A stretch of DNA of 64,000 nucleotides from the human T2T-CHM13v2.0 reference genome, Homo sapiens. Position 1 is the stretch's first letter; every line of letters begins with the position of its first letter. Of this stretch, positions 22,418 through 40,130 are shown piece by piece. A program made the position numbers and the translations under genes. The notes under the pieces are model-generated. The model saw nothing but the letters and a program-made list of their open reading frames with translations. It made no database searches and was not told the origin of the DNA. Location of the stretch: NCBI RefSeq assembly GCF_009914755.1, contig NC_060936.1; one strand, given 5' to 3'.

Positions 22418-22801
22418 TGCTGGGTGTGGTGGCTCACACCTGTAATCCCAGCACTTTTGGAGGCCAAGACAGGCAGATTGTTTGAGCTCAGAAGTTTGAA
22501 ACCAGCCTGGGCAACATGACAAAACCCTGTCTCTACTAAAAATACAATGGTATTTGTATTTTTATATTAGGGAAGCATCTTTTAAAAAGTAATTAATTAA
22601 TTAATTAATTAATTAATTAAAAAGGTCTTGCTGCATTGCCCAGGCTGGTCCTGAACTCCTGGTCTCAAGTGATCCTCCCAGCTACTCAGGAGGCTGATGT
22701 GGGAGGACTGCTTGAGCCCAGGAGGTTGAGGCTGCAGTGAGCCATGATCGCGGTACTCCAGCCTGGGCAACAGAGTGAGACTTGTCTCAAAAAAAAAAAA
22801 A
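22418..22801 (+). mobile_element. Alu with an internal inverted insertion (22548-22680)
   Basis: Left arm and most of the right arm separated by reverse-orientation FLAM-derived sequence and (AATT)n. Confidence 0.85.
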
Positions 22802-23755
22802 GGTAATATAATGTGAATAATAATAGTAGTATAGTAGTCAAAGTGCCTATTTGCAGAAAAAACAACTAGAAAACAAAAGTGAAGGAGATTTGGGCTATTT
22901 GCATTTCCTAAATAAATTATGTCATACAGAATATCATCATCATAAAAGTCAATAGGTTTTCTGGGGAGAAAGTACCATGTTTGTATATTTCAGTGTCTAG
23001 TCAGAACAATATAAATAACTCTAGGTATTTCCCAAAATATGGTGTACAAAATACTGTAGTCATACAACATGTTAATATGTTTTCTTGGGGGAAAATACCA
23101 TGTTTGTATATTTAAGTGATCTATCAGAACAACAGAAACCACTCTAGGTATTTCTAACACTGAGCCATTAACACAGCGGGTAGTTTGCAAAAGTGTTAGT
23201 GGAGCTGAAGAGACAAAAAGGTGAATGGATGCTACCCAGATATCAGTAAGTACTGGAAGCTGCCAACTCCCAAGGCTGGAGGAGCAAAAGGGAAAGGAAC
23301 ATTGCTCAGATCCCATGAGTGCTGTGCTGCTGAGACTTCTAACACCACACTGCCACTGCTGTTTTGCAGGAAGCTAGGAATTCCAGTGATCGCACAGGAT
23401 TCTGGGAGCCACAGTCCCATTTTTGCTGAACTCCTGGCCTCAAGAGATCCTCCTGCCTCGGCCTCCCAAAGTGCCAGGATTACGGGTATGAGCCAGTGTG
23501 CCCAGCCTACATCTACCTCTTTACTTCTGGATTTCTCAAAACCTTTCATATGCTACTGTGTTCAAAAGAGAGTTATAGTTGATGGCACTTCTCATTTTAT
23601 ATGATTGAAGACGTATTATTTTCCCCCACAGAACACATTTGTAACATCTGATAAGACCTCAGACTAGAATAAAAACAGAAACAAACAAAAATGCTATTGT
23701 TGTTGGAGTATAATAAGGACATAGAACAGCAGATTATATAAAAAATGCTTCCTTA

Positions 23756-23890
23756 TCTGAGTGGCTCACACCTGTAATTGGAGCACTTTGGGAGGCCGAG
23801 GTGAGAGGATCACTTGAACCCTGTTCAGGACCAGTCTGGGCAATGCAGCAAGACCTTGTCTACAAAAACTTTTCAAATTAATTAATTATT
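23756..23890 (+). mobile_element. FLAM-like Alu monomer
   Basis: Monomer; degenerate TSD aaaaatgcttcc / aaaaagatgctctcc. Confidence 0.75.
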
Positions 23891-23957
23891 TTTAAAAAGA
23901 TGCTCTCCTAACATAAATTATAAACATTTCAGAGGGGCAAGTAAAAGTGGCATGTAA

Positions 23958-24782
<825 letters not shown>

Positions 24783-25302
24783 AGCCTTTCTCCTTAATTC
24801 TGGTAGCTAGAGCATGGACTGTAACATGAGTACAGTTACTTTATCTACAGAGACATTGTAAGTTCAGAGGCCTGAGAGTTAGCATCCAGAGGCAGCAGAC
24901 ACCAGCAGCACAGCTGTTTCTCCCGCAGGATCATTGCCAGCAGAACATCCTACACCAATGGCTCTTTGGGCAGGATCTTGGCTGTGCTTTGTCTGTCTAG
25001 CTTCATGCCTAAGTTTGGTAAGTTTTCTTGCTTATTGTGCAACCTTTAACCCTTCCCCAAATTATTTTTCTCCTTAACGGAGCCAGATTTATTTTCTGTT
25101 GTTTGCAACCAATAACTCTAACTAAAACATTCTTAGAAAGTAGAGAAAACCAAAATGGCAAATAATATTCAAAAATTTTTTTCTAACCAACAAGAAAGAA
25201 AAGATTGGTTATATGGGAGAAAGTTACTATGAAATAATAGCATTCTAACAGAATGTATAGGTTTAAAAAAGCAGATTTATAAAGATTCAGAAAAACACTA
25301 TA

Positions 25303-25674
25303 TGATATGGTTTGGCTGTGTCCCACCCAAATCTCATCTTGAATTGTAGCTTGCATAATTCCCACATGTTGTGGGAAGGGCCTGGTGGGAGATAATTGAA
25401 TCATGGGGGCAGCTTCCCCCACACTGTTCTTGTGGTAGTGAATAAGTCTCATGAGATCTGATGGCTTTATAAGGGGTTTCCCCTTTCTCTTGGCTCTCTC
25501 ATTCTTTCTTGCCTGCTGCCATGTAAGACGTGCCTTTGCTTCTCATTTGCCTTCCACCATGATCATGAGGCCTCCTCAACCATGTGGAACTGTGAGTCCA
25601 TTAAACCTCTTTCCTTTATAAATTACCCAGCCTTGGGTATGCCTTTATTAGCAGCGTGAGAACAGATGAATACA
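25303..25674 (+). mobile_element. THE1 solo LTR
   Basis: tgatatggtttggctgtgtcccacccaaatctcatcttgaattgtagc...aataca. Confidence 0.9.
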
Positions 25675-26068
25675 GCGTATGTAACAGAAAAAAGGGAAAA
25701 ATTATAAAATGATATCTGACTGTATAAATGTGAATAGTCCCAAAGAAAAGGAAGTAGGGGAGATATGTAAAGAGACTGGGATGGCTGCAATAAGGTGCTC
25801 TGTAAACTGCCCTGATATACAATGAGTAGAAGAATGAAAAGAGAATGTGTCCCAATTTAAATGTGCCTGTAAGGAGAAGGTAGGTATTATGGTCTCCATC
25901 TTGATCTCATCTTCAGGGATGATGTACTCATTCCCAAGCTGCTGGAAGTGCTGGCTCATAGGTTCATCCTTCATTTGAAACTGCCCTTGGCTGCAGGGGA
26001 CCACCTTGATCCAAGATTACAATGCCTCCCAGGTGTGGCTCATGCAAGGATAAAAAAATCCTGGCCCC

Positions 26069-26689
<621 letters not shown>

Positions 26690-26873
26690 CCTGGCTCCTT
26701 TCCCCAATTTGGGATAACTCTAAAGAACCACTCTAGCCCCAGGGCAACCTGTAGGATCAGCTAGGCCTCAGTTACAACCACTCCTCCCACTTCTCCATCT
26801 GCCTCATCCTCCCTTGTTTTCTGCCTTACAGGTGTCTCTTCCCAGATCACTCTCCAATGAACCTTTTGCATGA

Positions 26874-27201
<328 letters not shown>

Positions 27202-27263
27202 TCAGAAACTTTTTAAGACAAAGATACAAAGATTGAAGTCCAAAATAAATGTAAACTTGTAAA

Positions 27264-27887
27264 TCTTCTTCCCTTCTCCTCCTCCTCCTCTTTCTTCTTC
27301 TTCTTCTCCTTCTTCCTCCTGTGTTCCTCCTCCTCTTCCTCCTCTCCTCCTTCTTTCTTCTTTCTCCTTTTCTTCTTTCTCTTCCTTCTTCTTTCTTCTC
27401 CTTCTCTCTTCTTCTTTCTCCTTCTTCTTTCTTCTTCCTCCTCCTCCTCCTTCTTCTTCCCCCTTCTTTCTTCTCCTTCTCTTCTTCTTCCTCTTCCTCC
27501 TTCTCCTCCTTCTTCCTCTTCCTCTTCTTCTTCCTTCTCCTCTTCTTCTTCCTTCTTCCTCTTCTTCCTTCCTCCTCCTCCTTCTTCTTCCTCTTCTTAT
27601 TCTTCTTTCTTCTTCCTCTTCTCCTTCTCCTTCTTCCTTCTTTTTCTTCTGCTTCCTTCTTCCTCCTCCTCCTCCTGCTGCCGCTTCTGCTGCTTCTTCT
27701 TTTTCTTCTTCTTCCTCTTCTTCTTCCTTCTTCTTCTTCCTCCTTCTACTTCTTCCTTCTTCTTTTTCTTCTCTCCCTCCCTTCCCTCCTCTTTCTTTCT
27801 TTCTTTCATTCTTTATGTTTCTTTCTTTTTCCTTCCATCCTTCCTTCCCTCTTTCTTTTCTTTTCTTTTCTTTCTATCTTTTCTTTC
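27264..27887. repeat. ~624-bp polypyrimidine (CTT/CCT/CTTT) tract
   Basis: Almost only C/T on the plus strand; abuts a reverse Alu monomer at 27886-27965. Confidence 0.95.
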
Positions 27888-30800
27888 AAAGTGTGCTCTT
27901 GCTATGTTGCCTGGGCTGGACTCAAACTCTAGGCTCAAGTGATTCTCCCACCTCAGCCTGCCAAGGTTGTACTCCAACAGTAGTCTTTCGTTTGTTCTTA
28001 GTGGGCCATCACGTACAGCTACTTTTACTTATACTTACTTTTTAGTATGATGAAAACTCAAAAAATATAATGGTTCATGTTTATAAATATTTTTTGTATT
28101 CAGTCCTGGCAGGGCCAAATAATTAGAGCTCTGTGCTGAGGGAGGGATTGAATATACTCAGTGCTTCTTAGTCAATGTGAATTTCTCTGGAGCACATTTA
28201 GGCAATGCTTATTTTCTCATAATGCTCCCCCAATCTTCCCCCTTTTTTTCATTTTACATATTGTTTTGAATTGGATTTCATAGAACATAGGTATTTTTTT
28301 CTTCCTTTTAAACTGTTCTATTTTCTCCTTTCTTATTCCTAGCCAAGAGCCCTGATCCAGGTGAAGTGTGTAAACCTTGCACGTGGAATTCCCAGCAAAG
28401 AAGCTGTAGGGATCGGGATAGGGCCTGGGAAGTGTCTGACTTACAGAAACCCACCATGTCTTGTTCTCTGCTGGAGACCTCTGCTTCTCCATCTTGTGAA
28501 CATCCACAGGCCCCCTGCACCGTAATCTTGCCCTCTTACTGTTGACTCAGTCCTCATGGAAGTGTAAGTGCCCTTCCTTCTGTTCATGATGTTCCAGGGC
28601 AGGAGATGAGGGGGCTGAGTAGGGAAGAAGAGAAGGCCCAGCTCCTGTCTGCTCAGACCTGGGCTGACCTCTGCCCTGGGGCTCAGGCTGGGACTTGTAT
28701 TTTACCATAAAGGCCCTATAACAAGTGGTGGTTGGATTTTGGTGTTAGTCAGCTGTGTTGTGGACTGACTGGGATTTTCTGCACTAGCTTTTAATCTAAT
28801 TGTTACTTGGTTACATCGATTGTTTCAGCTCTTTCATAAGCAGCTTAAGGAACCACTTCCCCAAATAATCTTGGGTCTAAGTCTGAAACAGATGAAAGTG
28901 AAATCGCTGTGCCCATGGCTGCACATCCACTCACTTCTGCCTCTGCTCTCTGAAGCATCTTAGGGTGGGAGTCCTAGGAGCTCACTTTGAAAACTGCTCA
29001 TTAACATGACTGTTTACTTTCAGAGCACACCCTAGTCTTAAAATTGAGCTTGCCTGTTTGTATATAATAAATTGCTTAAAACTTGCTGGGATTGGTGTGT
29101 ATATATGGGCCATATATGAAGCCAGTGGTAGGAGAAAGCAGAATGGACAGATACTTACCTGATGTGATTTAATGGGGTGTTGAGAAATTCCATGATGAAA
29201 ATCCACACCCCCATTCATTCCTGAAGTTCCATAGTCAGTAATGCATTTTATTTCACTGTTAAGCAACTGCCTTTTGTGAAGCTTTTTTTTTTAAATAAAA
29301 ATATCCTCATGAAGGATATCCATTAAGTTGTTGTAACCTTGGAGTTGATCCTTTTGCTTCCTTACTTGATTAAACATCCGGGGTTAATGAATCCTCAAAA
29401 GGACAAATGGAAGGAAACAGCCACATCCGTACGTCATAATTTTGTCTAGGACTGGCCCTGACTCTGTATGCATTTGTAAAACACATGTGGCAATATCTCT
29501 TGTATTTAACTTGGAGACACCTTGCTTTCTCCTTTGGGTGCAGGTAGTTCTGAGGTATTTGAAGAGAGAGCATCTCAAAAGGAAATTTTACTCTTCTTAA
29601 ATATTCTTTTAGTACCAAAATATATTTTATTACTGTATCATGGTGAAGATGTATGTGCCCATATATACTAATGGGGATTTTCCCATAAGCATGACTTATT
29701 TAAAAGAGATAAGAGAATCAGAAACTCAATTCAGAAACAATATATGTATTTCTACATATTGTCTACAACTTGTTCCTGTTGGATAACAAAATAATAAATT
29801 GTGGGCATTTCTTATTTTTTAAATCTTAACAACAAAATATTGCAAAACCACGGTTCATTCATTTACTCAGCAAACATTCATAGCGTACCTACCATGCGCT
29901 ACTTGGTTTCAGCAGAAAAAATCAGTCATCAGGGAATATTTGAGGTTGTCCAGTAACTGAGGAAGGAAGGCAGAGAAGGGTGGAGTGCTAGATGGGGAAG
30001 AATGGAAGAAGGAGGATAGGAGAGAAAGGATGGATGGAAGTCAGTCCTTAACACATGTTTTGTTGTTTTTAATTACACTCATGTTATCTAGTTTGATGTT
30101 CTTTGTTAATATAATAATTAGCCATTTGGTGCTTTTATTTTTTCTGGTGTGCTATAATTTGAAATCAGTTTTAACTTGTTTTTGTATTTGTTTCTTTTTA
30201 GTATAAAAGAACTTGTGTGGATTAGCTTGCTAAATACATCCAAGATTTGAAGAACTGAAAACAAAATCAGTATTAAACCTGCTTTTTAAAAATGTAAGTG
30301 AAGTAACTTCTGGCCATGGTTCATTTCAGACCTCTCTAAAGCCTGCAATTACCTCTCAGTGTATGTGAATTTTTTTCCAGGAGTAAAGTTACTTGACTCT
30401 AGTGAGTCTACTCATTAAGTATAGGAGTGTTTGTATCTGCTCGCCCTTTTAAAACCTGTAAATTCTAAGAGTAGTATGAATAACATAGGTGGCTGTAGGA
30501 TTTAGACGTGGTGTGGCAGACAGTGAGCAAATCTTCATTTGGCACTGAGAAGGAAAACACAGACTTGGTAGAACATAAAATAAAAAGCACAGCCCTATTC
30601 TCAAGTCCTTCATCACTCTTCACCTCACAGACCATTTCACTGCCTTATCTACACCAGCGAGAATTGCTAGTTGACCCATTAATGACCCAGTAGGCTTAGA
30701 ATATGAGGTGTTGGTTTCTCACAGGCATATTTACCCACTTTCTCCCTATTTCTCTTGCTCAGTAATAATAACTACTATTTATTGAGCTTCTACCAAGTGA

Positions 30801-32704
30801 CAGGCATTTGATTAATTTGATTCCATGTTCATTCTACAAATAGTGTTTCTGAATGCTTGCCGTGTACCAGGCATGGCCCTGACACTACTTATTACCTTAT
30901 CTTCAAGGCACCCTTGCAGGGTAACAGTTAACACTTCCGTGGTCTGGATGAGGATACGAGAGAGGTAAGGAGCGTGCTGACGGTCACCTAGCCAGTGAAT
31001 GTGAACTGTCTGACTTTCTCTGATTTGCCATATCCTTAAACGTGTTTAGATGCTCTTCCTGGCATGGATGTAAATAAGAGATTGGAACCTCCTGGATTGT
31101 GTTCATAAGAGGAATGTGATCCTCATCCTTCTAAACTTTGTCTGGAGTCACAGAAAGCAAGGAAGTTAGAGAAACATCCTGTCACACAGCTTTGGTACCT
31201 GTGTGGGGAGCTAAGAGATCTGATGTCCAGTTCCTTCCAGTCCTTTAATGAATTTCCTCTGTGTCCATGAGCTATCTAACATCCATGGGAAACAGTTGAT
31301 CTTATGCCAACCAAGGGGCATGGACCAGATGCTCTCAAGAGTCTCTCAGTCAGCTCTTTGCTGAGGGACCTTATGCATGGAGGAAAGTGCACACATCGCT
31401 AAGTGGATAGCTTGATGGAATAGTTGTTACAAAATGGACACACTTCTGCAATCAGCACCTGATTAGTAGAAAATTACCAGCACCCCAGAGCCCTCCTCCC
31501 CTCATGCTCCAGGAGCAACCGGTATGCTGCCTTGTGATGCCTTTGTTTAGTTTGTTTTTATGAATAGAATCATACAGTGAATATTCTTTTGTGTCTAGCT
31601 TGTTTTACTTATTATGTTTGTGAGATCTACAATATTGTATACAATACTTTTTTTGCATTCTCTTTGCTCTAATGCTATTCAATTGTATAGCGATTTTACA
31701 GTTGCTGGACATTTACGTAGTCTCTTGCTTGGGCATATTACTAATAGTGCTCCTATGAATGTGTTGTGCATATCTTTTCATTATGATCGTATTTTGTTTG
31801 TTCAGGGACTAAAGTCATTTTGATTCGGTGGCACTTTGGATTGATGTTGAACTTTAGGTAGCCAAGTGATTTGTCTGCTTCAATGTGATGTTCCAAGGTG
31901 CTTACTCAACAGGATCAGATGAAGATGTTTTTGTAGATTACTCTTGTGGGGTGTGGCCAGGTGGAAGCCCTCTCTGATATGTGAGTGGTGTGGTGAGGCT
32001 TATTGTCCTGGCAGAGAAGGGTTTTGATTGCATGGTACAGGAAGGGACTATGTAGGGGAAGGGGAAATAGATCCAGAAGAGAGATGTGTCTGGATTCCCA
32101 TAGAAACTGTCAGGATATCTTACCAATCAGATCAAGAACCTGGAAAAGTAAGAGCCCCAGGGAAGACTCAGCTTGTGAGACCCGATGTGTCTAGGGAGAC
32201 GAATAGAGAAAGAAAAATTGAGGCAGGCCTGAACTCAGAAGGAGCTCTCAAAGAATTTTCTGAACAAATTCATTAAGCCTAACTTGTTTTAAGGAAGCTT
32301 TGAAAAACCAGTCCCTAAAAGTATGAATCTTGAGCCAAGAATGAACTTAAAGTATAGAACTAGGAAAAAATGTATTTTCCCAAACAAATATGGGATGTGA
32401 GCATGTGGGCTTTGCCTTAAGACCTTTCTGCATTCAGATCACAATTCCACCACTTTCTTGTCTCATGACCTTTCTGGGTCAGCTTCCACATCTGTAAAAT
32501 GGGGTGGTAAAATCTCCACCTCTAAGATGCCCCCAAAATCTGCTGTAACAATTGACTACAATAGTGTTAGTATTATGCTTCAGGGCACATAGACCTAGCA
32601 CTAAAAATGATAGTCATTTTATTTCTCATTCTTGTTACTAAGGTTACCCATTTGTATCTGATACTTTATGAGAGTTTTCAGATCACTTTTTAAAAATATG
32701 AGAC

Positions 32705-33008
32705 TTTTTTTTTTTTTTTTTTTTTTGAGACAGAGTTTCACTCTTGTTGCCCAGGCTGGAGTGCAATGACGCCATCTTGGCTCACGGCAACCTCCGCCTC
32801 CTGGTTCGAGAGATTCTCCTTCCTCAGCCTCCCAAGTAGCTGGGATTACAGGCATGAGCCACCACGCCCAGATAATTTTGTATTTTTAGTAGAGATGGGG
32901 TTTCTCCATGTTGGTCAGGTTGGTCTACGAAATTCTGACCTCAGATGATCCACCCGCCTTGGCCTCCCAAGGTGCTGGGATTATAGGCATGAGCCGCCGC
33001 GCCCGGCC
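32705..33008 (-). mobile_element. AluSp
   Basis: tttctccatgttggtcagg diagnostic; TSD gagactt. Confidence 0.9.
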
Positions 33009-33289
33009 GAGACTTCGGTTTTTAATTTAAGTGTAGTGAATACTAACAAGAAAAGATTTTTTCTACTTGCCTCATCTTAGACTGAAACTCAGAGGAAGGA
33101 TGAAGGGAGACATTTGTCACTGTGTCCTTGGCATGTCCCTCCCTAGGGTGAGTCAGTGAAGACACTCTTGGTTGTCTGAACTGGTTTACTTAGTTCACAA
33201 GAGACCAGTGGAGCTGAGATTTGTGGAAAAATAGGGTCATTTTGCACAAAGGAAATTTGTAATTTTATACATTATACTTTTTTTCCTTT

Positions 33290-33588
33290 TTTTTTTTTTT
33301 AAAAAAAAAAAGACAGTCTCAGTTCATTGCCCAGGCTGGGGTACAATGGTGCGATCCTTGCTCACTGCAGCATTGAGCTTCTGGGCTCAAGTGATCCTCC
33401 CACCTCAGTCTCCTGAGTAGCTGGGACTACAGGCGTGTGCCACCATGCCCGGCTGGTTTTAAAATTTTTTGTAGAGACAGAGTCTTGTTGCATTGCCAAG
33501 GCTGGTCTTGAACTCCTGTCTTCAAGTGATCTTCCCACCATGGCCTCCCACAGTGCTGAGATTACAAGCGTGAGCCACTGCTCACGGC
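33290..33588 (-). mobile_element. AluJ
   Basis: Reverse J-type Alu. Confidence 0.85.
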
Positions 33589-35504
33589 AATACTTTCAGT
33601 CTTAGGTGTTCTGGCAACTGGCAAATATATGAAATTTCATTTGCCTAAGAGTGCAGGCAACACCCTAGTCTCTCCTCTGTGCCAGTGGTCCTTGAGTTCA
33701 TGGATGATAGTGGTGAATGCTGTCTGGTTATACCACTTTTGAGGCTGAATGGACCCAGGCACAAGAATGAGGTGGGAGCCCCTTGTTCAGCTTCATCTCT
33801 GTCTTCCCTTCATTAGGCCAAGGAAGGCTGTGGGACTGTATGGTTAGCTATTCACTCAGGCTTGCCTGTATCATCACTCCACCCTGTAGTGTAGTGGTTT
33901 GTAAGTAGGCAATTTGTAGCCACTGAGATAATGTCATCCCCAAAGAAACGCATCTACTATGGATTTATCCTTTGCGCCTTTTTCTCTGTATCCTTTTTGC
34001 AGTCTTTGTCACTTTGATTATTATGTGGGGATTGGGGCTTCCTATCTCCTGACCGTCTTTTGTGAACTAAACATTATTTTAGGGAATTCGTACTAAAATT
34101 CTGAAAGCACTGCTTGGGGATGGCAGTCTTATTTGGGATTGTGTCACATGTTGTTTGTTTTGTGCTTAATTGGTTCATGATAACTTGGACAATATATAAA
34201 TGATCTTGGTTTCATCATGTAACTCACAAAATGTTTTCTTTTACATTTTTTTTCTTTAGTGCTTTCTCCTTTTCCTACCAAATATCTAGGCTCACTTTTA
34301 CCATCAGATAGAGATTTAGTTGGGCTTTTAGAACTCTCTCATCAAGCAGATGCTTTGTGTGTGTGTGTGTGTGTGTGTGTCTGTAGTTTGTGGGCTGTTA
34401 GAAGCCATTTGCTCATCTTGTCAAAGCCATAGCAGTCTTTTCATTCTCAGTTGCTTCGCTTTCTCCTCACCTCTTAGGAAATTGGCAGCCAATGACTTTG
34501 ATTTTTTTTTTTTCCTCTATGAGACAGATATGCTAGTGTGTAACTGTAGACAGAGGAAGAGTTTGCACATTTAGCAAATGATCAAATAAGTGGTGTGTAT
34601 GTGTGTGTGTGCATACATGCTGGCTCTATAACTGAGCAAGTAGTCTTTTTTCTCTTAAGTTTCCATACATTTATACATTTAATTAGGAGGCCTAAGTATC
34701 TATGATGGCTTTTAGATATGTAACCTCAACAGTTTTTTAAGAAGGGGGAAGAGTGTCCAAGATAATTTTTACTCTTATTTAGTGGATGTGTGGTTGAATG
34801 TTATGGTATTTTGGGGAAACTTGGGTTCTGACTCCATCGTTTCAGTGAGCCATGGTTTCCCATTGCTTCAGGAGTAGAGAAATGGGGGAAGGCATTTCAA
34901 TAGTTCTTAAATCTATTATTTAGCAGTAGCTCAAGTCTGTGTGCATAGTAATCAAAGAAATGAGATTGGGTTCCCTGGGTGTGGTCTGCATTCCTTCTGT
35001 ACTGTAGCGCTGTTCTAGTCTCCTGGTCAAATCACAGCCCAGAGCTGCTTCAGCCAAGAGGAGACTTAAATTAGGGATGTGCAATTTACAGCCATTGTAG
35101 CAGGATCCATTTAGTCCCTAGGCAGAAGATAACATGTGCGATCACTGTAGAAATTATAGCAGCTTTGCGATTGAAATAGCCCTGAGAGTTTCTTGTGACT
35201 ATTACCTTGGGCTAAGGTGTAATCCCTTACCAGTGGTATAATCCTAACTACAATACAACAGTTAATTGTCTTCTGTGTTCTCATTTGTGGTTCAGAACAC
35301 AAATTGTTACTGTTCCATCAGCTTTTCTTGTTCGTCGTTTGTTTTTTACCTGATTCCTTTCCTGTTTAATAGTAGTTATATGCTTGGCTTGACATAGTTA
35401 GGCTATTTGGTACTGTGATATTAAGATATTTTAGAGGAAAAGGTCATCAGCTGTCTTTCTGGACTATTCTGGGCATTTTGTACTCTTTTTATATCTAACT
35501 CTTC

Positions 35505-38735
<3,231 letters not shown>

Positions 38736-39709
38736 GACTATATAGAGCACACTCTCACTCTCAGAAGTCCCCTAGAATGCACAATACTGCATATAGTGGA
38801 CTATGCCTGTTCTTGTTAGTTTGGAAGAAGCAGAACAATCTGTCACTGCTCAAAATAAAAGAAAACGTCAAAACAATTTGAAGAAATTATTAGCATTGTA
38901 AGTGTCAGGCTGTTCTTGATTTGTGAGAAACAGAAATTTACTGTGTTTTGAAGGTAGACATGAGATATTCAGGCTTTGAAACTTGCAAAAATTTCAAAGG
39001 ACAGAGGACCTACCTCCCCATTTGGCAAAAATTATTCTTTTTAATCTCAGCAAAAGCTAGATAAACTCCTGAAATCTTACATGTTCTGGAAAAATACCTC
39101 GATGCTAGTCTGCTTTCAACTGAACCAATTTGGCTTTTTATAGTTAGGACTTGAAGGATGAATAGTTACCAATCTGTGAGACTGAAAATTCTTTGCAGCC
39201 AGCTGTGAACCCAAAGGCAGGTGCCAGGATGAATGAATGAATCTAGATTAAAGAATTGCCCAGTTTATATTGCTTGAGAAATCAAATTATTATCTAAGTT
39301 TTGTTTAGAGTAAATGTTTGATGTTTTAAATATATATATATATACCTCATAAGCTATTACTGTCATACAAATATAGCAGATATAATACTTTAATAGAGAT
39401 CTATACTACCTACTTACTAGAACTTTTTTTTATATTTTCCCCATCTTTGCCTTCTCATTTTCTCTTTCTCTCTTTTTTCCTGGACTAATTGAAAGTAAGT
39501 TGCAGATATCATGACACTTCTATCCTTAAATATTTCAGCCTAAATTTCCTAAGAACCCAGGACATTCTCCTACATAGCCGTATATTCTCATTATACCCAG
39601 CAAATATTCAATCATATTATCTAAGGTACACTCCACATTCAGAAAAAAAAATGCCCTTTACCATAGTTTTTGTTTTGCTTTTGGTTTTGATCAAAGATTC
39701 CATCAAAAA

Positions 39710-40130
<421 letters not shown>

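Noticed and set aside
27321-27932. 203-aa F/L/S-rich ORF resembling a membrane protein
   Set aside because: Artefact of translating a C/T-only repeat, which can hardly contain stop codons.
29151-29200. U1 snRNA gene or pseudogene
   Set aside because: Matches only the first 11 nt; the continuation (atgtg…) does not follow U1 (gcaggggag…).
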